Assembly: GCA_009103225.1 (NCBI GenBank)
Contig: RHPI01000026.1
Span: 615,210-679,209 of the forward strand
Source: Chlorokybus atmophyticus
Lineage: Eukaryota; Plantae; Mesostigma and Chlorokybus algae
Length of the DNA stretch: 64,000 nt
Reading direction: 5' to 3'
The notes beneath the pieces are model-generated. The model was not told the DNA's origin. It saw only the letters and a program-made list of their open reading frames with translations, and searched no databases. Below, piece after piece: positions 56,780-64,000 of this stretch. The translations under genes and the position numbers were made by a program. Every line of letters starts with the position of its first letter. The first letter of the stretch is position 1.

Positions 56780-57568
56780 CCCCCCCCCCCTGTCACTTGT
56801 TTGCACAAACAACGTCACATTATGCACAGTGCAAACTAACACATGCACGAAGGTCCGACTATAGTCCTGCACTGCACAACCAACACACGTAGTACACCTG
56901 CCTATAGCTGTCCCCCTCGAAGACAGGCCGACCGGGGGTACCCCGCATGGCCATAGCCGCCTACACCGCCGCCTCACCCAAAGCAACCACACACAGCCCA
57001 GCCGCCACCTACGCCGCCGCCGCCGCCGCCGCCACCAACAATACGCACAGCAACAACAAAGACGACCCCAGCTATCGGCGACAGATTTTAAATTCTCCCA
57101 AGGCAGCAAACCCTAACACGCTGTGCACGCGCAGGCACAGGACGTCACAACACATCACACAAAAACACGTCACAATTCTGACACGAAGAGCACGACGAGT
57201 CACAGATTGGCACACAATCACGCACACATCGTCACAACAGTGCACGCAGAGTCACACATGGCACATCACGTCATTTCATGCATACGCACACTCCGTCACA
57301 TCACATCACACACAATATCCATGTCACCGCGCAGCCCACGTCACTGAACGCATTGACACCGCCGGTTAATAAATGCCAGTGAAACCCTTCTGGGCCCACC
57401 GGCTGCAGAGTCAACAATCCGGACGCAATGGGAACCCCTCGGGCTGCTTGACTGTATATACATAGATGATAAAGAGTTGGCGCGCAGTGGAGGTCGAGGG
57501 ACTCGAGAACGGCTGGTGACGCCGACAGAACTAACCAGTTAATGATTGAGGTTGTGCGGTGCATGTAA

Positions 57569-57687
57569 GGGGAATCACCCTCGTGCTTGCTAAATTCACG
57601 CGAAATCCCCCTCGAGCGGGAGCGAGACTCTCGCTCCCGCTCGAGGGGGATTTCGCGTGAATTTAGCAAGCACGAGGGTGATTCCCC
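57569..57687. repeat. Perfect 119-bp palindrome (59-bp arms, 1-nt spacer)
   Basis: GGGGAATCACCCTCGTGCTTGCTAAATTCACGCGAAATCCCCCTCGAGCGGGAGCGAGA-C-exact reverse complement. Confidence 0.97.
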
Positions 57688-58149
57688 ACGAATGTGAGCT
57701 TGAGGACAAGCTGATAAGTAGAACGGAGAGAATTGTTATGAAGTGGGTAACTAGGGGTGCGGCTGGTTGGGCGGGCACACAAACACATCACACGCGCATT
57801 ACCGTGTTGCTCGCATACCCCCCTACAAACACAGCCCCCACAGCAAAATCAACGAGGGGGATACATTAGGGCACTATTTTGCCCGTAAAAGGGGGGTGTC
57901 AAACAAAGCCCCCCCCGAAAATCCATGGGGTGTTGTATTGGGAGGGGGTTTGTATTCGGGCAAATACGCTACATCAAGGGCCATCAGTGGCCAATGGCTT
58001 GGCCATCACATACGGCACCCGGCCTGCCTAGGCGGCGACTATCAGCTACCGGCCGTTCAATCTGTCCTGAACAGATCGTGAACGTCAAAGCACATCGCTA
58101 CTTCATGTAATCGCTCAAAATATTTGCGAAAAAAATCTTTCATATCATA

Positions 58150-58328
58150 CCGTATTCACTCTGATAGAAGCCCCCCTCCTAATGCAGCCCCCCCCAGCAA
58201 AAAGGGGTGGGGGTGCTGTAAAACAATTGCCCATTTACGGGCATCTTTGCCCCTAATACAGCCCCCCTCGGCAAAAAGGGGTGGGGGGGCTGTAAATGAA
58301 GGGGGAGGCTTTATCAGAGTAAATACAG
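58150..58328. mobile_element. 179-bp pogo-type MITE inside the putative LTR
   Basis: TA|CCGTATTCACTCTGATAGAAGCC..GGCTTTATCAGAGTAAATACAG|TA, with internal repeats cagcccccc..gcaaaaaggggtggggg. Confidence 0.8.
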
Positions 58329-58495
58329 TATAAAGATTGATATATGATGTTTATACAATAATATCACATTAGTAATATACATGTATATGTACAAATTATA
58401 TTACTATCGGTATGTGTATTGTCATGCCTATCGCCCGGGCATGCCAGTCGTCATCGGGCATGCCTACAGCGAGACCCTCGCCCAGCTTACTAGCA

Positions 58496-58509
58496 TGGCG
58501 ACCCGCGCG
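58496..58509 (+). promoter_or_regulatory. Putative primer-binding site, complementary to a tRNA ending ..GCGGGUCG-CCA (Arg-type)
   Basis: CA|TGGCGACCCGCGCG junction upstream of gag. The tRNA identity is inferred. Confidence 0.5.
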
Positions 58510-59237
58510 CGTCTCTGACCAGTAGCTAGGTCATGTCTCTAGAGTAGCTCATGACCATAGCCTACATAGGCACCGCGCGTAGCTGTTCAGTGGTGAGTTC
58601 AGTTACAAGTTGGGTTCCATATCGAGTGGGGATTTCCTGTGGAAATAGCCTTGATATGACCGTTAGCTTGTGTTCTGGACAGTCATGAGTTGACTTGTAT
58701 AAGTAGGCACAATGTTTACCGGATCAGCTGATGACACTGTAAGTGAGAAAGCTAAGAGCTTGTGACGCGACTTGAACTACGAAACACACCGTCCCGGCTC
58801 CCAAGAATCCCCTCACCGTGTGAGAGCCTGTGCATGTTCTTGTGCACTGTGCTTGTCTTTGCTGTGAGCTTGTATACTTGGTCGCGGTGTGCTTGATGGC
58901 ATCAGTCAGGGCATAGCATCCACGCGTTGCTTGCTCATTCACCTCACTTAACAGTGTAATTTCTCTTCCACTCATGCAAAGTACTGTAAACAGCACTACC
59001 TATAATAGTGGCTTGTTGACTTACAGTGTCACCCTCTTTGCTCAAGTGAGTGTACTGTAGTTGCAGGCTGCACATCAGCATCGCAATCTGTAGTTGTACA
59101 CATCGCAGTGCATCGTTGTCACCGTCATCGCATAGCGCGCACAAGCGCTAGTGTGTTGGGTGATAGCAGCATTGGGGATCCCATTGTAGAGCACAAACAC
59201 TCTACCCTTCATCCACTTTCACCATCGCATCAGCTGT

Positions 59238-60707
59238 ATGAGCAGGCCCACCCCTTTCTCGCCAATAGAAGAAGGGAACCTCAACAGCTGGAGCCCGACC
59301 TCCAACCTTACCTACGAGCGAGCAAGTGAAGGGAGCGATTACCGTAGCAGCAGAGGCTCACGCCCCGTCTCCGGCTTCACCTCCTCTCACTCCACTCCTC
59401 GACAACGAGCATCTCCACCACCGTCGGACAGTGACGACGAGGAGATAGAGCCTTCCAGCTCAACCAACTCCCTACGCTTCTCTGGACGCCCTGGCACCAC
59501 CTCACTTGACGAGTGTATCATTAAGTTCCACTCCAGGATGCGGCAGCAAGCCCTCAAGAGCAAGGACTGGACAGATGAGGTATCGTTTCATGTGTCCGCT
59601 CCATACCTTAATCACGAAGCACATGGTGTGTGGAAGTCCGTCGCTGAGTTGCACAAGATTGATGGCTTTGGCGAATTGGCCAGCACGATATCCTCCACGT
59701 CACTGCATAGCCCTTCGGTTACTGTCCCTGCAGCAGCGGCCCCGCCAGCCTCAGTCACGGGTCTCACTCTAGCTGCAGCCATGGAGAAGGCAGAGAATGA
59801 AGAAGTTGAGGTGGTAGTGGCCTCATTGACGCCTGCAGAGATCGAAAGCAAGCAGGCCGAGCGCCGGATCAGGATACTCAACCGCACCGCTGCCATCATC
59901 AGGGAGCAACAAGAGGAGCAGCAAGCTGCAGCATTGGAGATGGGTACGCCCCTGCTACCAACACCGAACTCGCGTGCTCCAGCGGGAGGCAATGTTTTCA
60001 CCCTCGGCTCAGTGGCATTGCGTGCACCCGCGCTTATGGTGGGCGCGGCCATGTCGGACTCCCCGTTGAAGGACCTCTATGCCGCACTCCGGCGCACCTT
60101 CCCACCTCAAACCAACAGCAAGGTGGAGGAGTTGAGGCGTTTTCGACGGAAGCCCAACGAGGACCCTCTCCGACTGTATTCACGGTTGGAAGGGTTGCTT
60201 AAAGACACTGATTACAAGATCGTCAGCGAGGAGGCGGCAGCGGTGGTGTATGTGGCCGAGTTGGATCCCACCTTGAGTGAGTCAACGCGCCTGACGCTGA
60301 ACTACAGCAGGCCCCTCGGCTACACCCTTAAGGAAGCTTTCGAGACTGCACAAGCCATCCATAAGCGCGCAGTGTATGAGAAAGCGGTGCTGGACACCAA
60401 CCGCAGTGCCTCGCGGCCTATGGCAGGCACAAGTGCAGAGCCTCTTCGGCGGTACCGCAGCCGAGAGCCGCAAGGTATCCACAACAAAGATAAGCGGTCA
60501 GCTCATACTGCCCTTGTGGCTCCGGTGCTGTGCCACCGGTGTGGTCGACATGGCCACTACCAAAAAGAGTGCACCGAAGATTACGGCAACCTTGTGTGCG
60601 ACTACTGCCATAAGACGGGACACTTGGAGACAGTATGCTGGCTCAAGTTCCCTGAGCTGCGGCCCTTTATTGGCTACAACAACGGCAACAACGCCGTTGG
60701 CTACATC

Positions 60708-60748
<41 letters not shown>

Positions 60749-61586
60749 CGGGGGCTATAACAACAGCAACCACGCTGGCGGCTACAACAACAGCAACAAC
60801 GCTGGTGGTCGTAACAATGGCAACAACGCTGGTGGCCACAACCCCAACCACAACAACAACGCCGGGGCCCGCAAGGAAGAAGCTGGCTACAGAGGGAAAA
60901 ACTGCCCTCCACAGCACAAAGGACCTGAGGGACGTCCTCGCGCTGAATCCGCTGCTGTAAAGGCACCAACCGATCCACCAGCTATTGACCAAGTGGCAGC
61001 CCTGATGGCGCGCGTGGCACAGCTGGAGGAGAACAAGGAGCAGGACTATCAAGCCTGCTATACTGCTAGGTGGGCACTGATGGCACCAAAACGGGATAGG
61101 GACACTCCCACGCCGTCACGCGTACAACCATCAAGACGTGCGCGCAGGGAAGCTGGCGCGTCGTCAACAGCGGCATCGTTGGACGCCACAAGTGGTGCTG
61201 CCTCGGCAGCCACAACCACTGCTGGGACGACGTCGTCGACGACACCGTTGGCGTCCACACCGACCACGACAGCAGGTGCCAGCACTCTTGGCAGCACGCT
61301 GTCCCCGGTGATGGAAAGCACCTACGCCGCAACAACCATGGTCGTTGGGTTCGTGGGTGGTGAGTCCACCACTCCTGCCTCCATCGAAGCGACTACATCG
61401 GCCGCAACTGCTGCCACCCTCACAGCCGCCACCTCAGTAACGACGACTGCTGCAGGTGCCACCACCATCGCCTCCAGTAGTGCTGCCGCACCCACTGCAC
61501 CACTTCCTGAGATTCGAATGGCACCGCCACCAGCACTTGACGTCACACAGCAAGTGCCACGCGGACCACAAGCAGAACGCGCCTAG
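59238..61586 (+). CDS. Gag-like protein (782 aa) with capsid-like region, two CCHC zinc knuckles, Asn-rich and Ala/Thr-rich tracts
   Basis: FRRKPNEDPLRLYSRLEGL (gag-like); CHRCGRHGHYQKEC and CDYCHKTGHLETVC. Confidence 0.85.
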
Positions 61587-62915
61587 GCGTCGGTTCTACA
61601 CAACGTGGAGCCCACCACCATTGCGTACGAACCAGGGGGGCAACGCACCACGCGCGTGGCACGCGATGATTGCATCGTGCCCCTACCACCTCCAGAGTAC
61701 CACACGCTGCCGGAACCCACACAACAGCAGCTAGAGGATGAAGTTCTCGCCGGCACTGCACCAGAGATGAGGGATCATCTCTTCGGGGTCACCTACCGGC
61801 GACCTGCAGTATTAGAGCTGGCCATTCAGTTGTTCTTGGCATTGCACGCACGATTGCAGGGCGCACCCAGTCAAACGCGGCAACCCATGCCCGCTCAACA
61901 GATCGACTTCGAGCCCTCGCCACTGGACCCACTCGGACTCCAGCGCCACAAAATACAAGACCTTGGTGTCACCATGTCAGACATCGCGCTGGGCGCTGAT
62001 CCCGCTCTCCGGGGGCTCACTCCAGGCAGTCGTCAAGAGCGTTTCTCTGCCCTCGAACAGGCACATCGTTATCAGGTGGACCAAGCTGCCCAAGTGAACG
62101 CGCGCCGACAGGCGTACGAAGCAGCACACGCCGTTATCGTACCAACCGTAGCTCTGGCAAATGTTGCCAGCGCCTCCACGGCGCTGACCACAGGGTACTC
62201 CACGGTAGTCGCCATCGGACAGCCAAGACAAGCAACTGTTGCAAACCAAGCCATGTCGTTGGCGCAACAATTGAGGGGGGTAATCGCCCCGCTGCTGCCT
62301 CCTTTGGTCGAAGACATGCCTGAGGATCAACGCGATGAAGGGCGAGGGTACCTCACCCCTCAAGGGGACACCACACAACGAGGAGGAGCTGGTATGGTGG
62401 GGGAGCAACAACTCCGTACCGCACTCATCCGGCAAGCAGTCATGTTGCACAGGCCTGAGGGCAACACATTAAGACAGATGATGGGGATGCAAGAGGGCAG
62501 CGCCGCTCGAGCCCGTCTCGTGACATGGCTCGTTGCCAATCACCCTGCTGTCCCCCTGTTTGCCTTTGGCAACCGAGCATCATGGTTGGGGGCATTCGTT
62601 CATTCGCTGCGACAAGCATACGACGAGGCTGCCACCACAGCCCCGGACACGCTGGAGGGAGTGCAAGAGGCAATGTTGCGGCTGCCAGGGGTGGAAGCCG
62701 CACGACAACGGCGGCGCATCGCCATTGCTCATGAGCTACACGCACAGCAGACTGACCTCCAGCGCACCCTACGCGCGCGCCATGACTGTGCTCGATGTGG
62801 GAGTGGTACAAGGAAGGTGGGATGCCTACATGGCAGGGATCTTGTCAGTCCCCACCATCACTCACGACATGCGGCGACAGCTACTACGCGCCGTATACCT
62901 GCAGCCCATGCCTAA
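61587..62915 (+). CDS. Unknown ~440-codon ORF, in frame with gag after a single TAG
   Basis: Same frame as 59238. No recognisable domain; lies between gag and protease. Confidence 0.5.
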   Translation, partial: ASVLHNVEPTTIAYEPGGQRTTRVARDDCIVPLPPPEYHTLPEPTQQQLEDEVLAGTAPEMRDHLFGVTYRRPAVLELAIQLFLALHARLQGAPSQTRQPMPAQQIDFEPSPLDPLGLQRHKIQDLGVTMSDIALGADPALRGLTPGSRQERFSALEQAHRYQVDQAAQVNARRQAYEAAHAVIVPTVALANVASASTALTTGYSTVVAIGQPRQATVANQAMSLAQQLRGVIAPLLPPLVEDMPEDQRDEGRGYLTPQGDTTQRGGAGMVGEQQLRTALIRQAVMLHRPEGNTLRQMMGMQEGSAARARLVTWLVANHPAVPLFAFGNRASWLGAFVHSLRQAYDEAATTAPDTLEGVQEAMLRLPGVEAARQRRRIAIAHELHAQQTDLQRTLRARHDCARCGSGTRKVGCLHGRDLVSPHHHSRHAATATTRRIPAAHA

Positions 62916-63272
62916 ATATCATTATTGGACCGACATGGACACCGAGCCCACGGCCACGTGGGAAGGGACGTTGGTCAGAGAAGCGGCTCATGCTGTCTGA
63001 TGGACATACGCCGCGGAGCAAGCTGAACGCGAGGCAGGCCCACAAACACCGGTCCGCCGAGGTTTCCTCCACAGCCATTGGGAACACCCGCGGGCATGAT
63101 TCCATCTTCGCAGAGGCGGCATCCACCTGCGCCGCCACCACAACCAGCGCCGGAACCTACAGCACCGAGGCCCCCCCGTGTCTATCAACCACCATGACAA
63201 GGTCGGTTCGGCAGAGGGAGAGGGCAAGGAGGGGGTTCTCCGGACCCAGCAGGCAGAGAAGCTCTGGCTGCC

Positions 63273-63707
63273 ATGCGCTCAGCATCCCCAGCTGAGAGAA
63301 CTGAGACAAAGGTGCAGACAGCTCGTCTGAAGAGGCTGCGCATCAACGCCAATGCTGCCATGGTGGCCAACCAAGGCAAGCACGTTCCCATAAACGGCCT
63401 GGCACCCAAGCGAGTGATGTTGGACACCGGAGCACAGCCTGTCATTATCGGGCGCTTCCTCGCGCGGTCCCTAGGCATAACCAGCTTCGACTTGGTGCCT
63501 TGCCCGTACGTGTTGGACACTGCCACAGGTAGCCGAGATAAGGTGATGAGAGTCACCAGGGAGGCCTTTTGCATTCTGTTGACAGGGCTAGACCCAACCC
63601 ACACTACCGAGATCGTCCAGCAGTGTGTGGTCACCAATGCCGGCTCCTTCGACTTTTTGCTTGGGCAGGACTTCAACTTCCCTGTGGGCATGGGCCTCGA
63701 CTGCTAG
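63273..63707 (+). CDS. Retropepsin-like aspartic protease of pol (frame interrupted at both ends)
   Basis: RVMLDTGAQPVIIGRFLARSLG..CVVTNAGSFDFLLGQDF. Confidence 0.85.
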   Translation: MRSASPAERTETKVQTARLKRLRINANAAMVANQGKHVPINGLAPKRVMLDTGAQPVIIGRFLARSLGITSFDLVPCPYVLDTATGSRDKVMRVTREAFCILLTGLDPTHTTEIVQQCVVTNAGSFDFLLGQDFNFPVGMGLDC

Positions 63708-64000
63708 ACAGAGCGAGCGTACTTTCGGCCACATTGGGATGAGGACGACGGAGAGGTGCAGGGTTTCCTGCCTCTCCAATTGGTCTCGCGCACGCGCGCC
63801 CAATGCAAAGTGGCAACCGTGGCCACACGCAGCCACGCCCGCACACGGGAGGCTGCAACGGCCACATACGACGGCGCTCGGACGCAAGTCGCTGCTGGTG
63901 CCACGGCCCCGTGTCGAACCGTCGACTCCTCTCCCACCCCGTACAACGAGGAGCAGGAGGATGCCACCGTGGAAGTAGCATTACAAGACCCAGCTGAACG

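Larger units (their letters stand above)
50263..57405 (+). mobile_element. Academ (AcademX-type) DNA transposon, ~7.1 kb
   Basis: Perfect 21-bp TIRs CAGCCGGTGGGCCCAGAAGGG (50263-50283; 57385-57405) and 4-bp TSD CAGA (50259-50262; 57406-57409). The encoded transposase + XPG + Cys8 architecture is the defining feature of AcademX. Confidence 0.88.
49824..57454. mobile_element. Non-autonomous Tc1/mariner-type MITE (~490 bp own sequence) split by the Academ insertion
   Basis: TA|CAGTCAAG---CCCGAGGGG at 49824 and CCCCTCGGGCTGCTTGACTG|TA ending at 57454. Confidence 0.75.
57564..64000 (+). mobile_element. Ty3/gypsy LTR retrotransposon (probably non-chromovirus), truncated by the window end
   Basis: Putative LTR TGTAAGGGG(57564)..CTAGCA(58495) directly followed by TGGCGACCCGCG (PBS-like). 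Gag with two CCHC knuckles; protease MLDTGAQPVIIG. Confidence 0.8.

Overview
Eukaryotic nuclear DNA from a plastid-bearing green-lineage organism. An early-diverging streptophyte-type alga is inferred from plant-like MED21, RPL24 and tRNA-Ala, a DUF3067 plastid protein, telo-boxes and short CA/TG-rich GT-AG introns. About 1-20 kb is gene-rich: tRNA-Ala(CGC) followed by a 97/99-bp ABAB tandem array, a small membrane protein, a Popeye/cNMP-binding membrane protein, MED21, an F-box protein, RPL24 and a secreted beta-helix protein. That last gene has a paralog at 36-39 kb. The two copies are separated by a nested TE island: a decayed Ty3/gypsy chromovirus (21947-34544, ATATG TSD) with a piggyBac inside it and an unexplained 2.2-kb insert in one LTR. 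After a DUF3067 gene, 45.9-64 kb is a dense chain of TEs. It holds a pogo-like element (25-bp TIR, TA TSD), a TA-MITE, and within that MITE a 7.1-kb Academ(X)-type element (perfect 21-bp TIR, CAGA TSD; DDE + XPG/FEN nuclease + Cys8 finger). It ends with a Ty3/gypsy element whose putative LTR starts with a perfect 119-bp palindrome and which has a long extra ORF between gag and protease. The most notable items are the AcademX-type element in a green-lineage genome, the LTR palindrome, a Tudor-like/AT-hook N-terminus on the piggyBac transposase and the Popeye-type protein. All assignments come from reading motifs by eye; no database searches were run.
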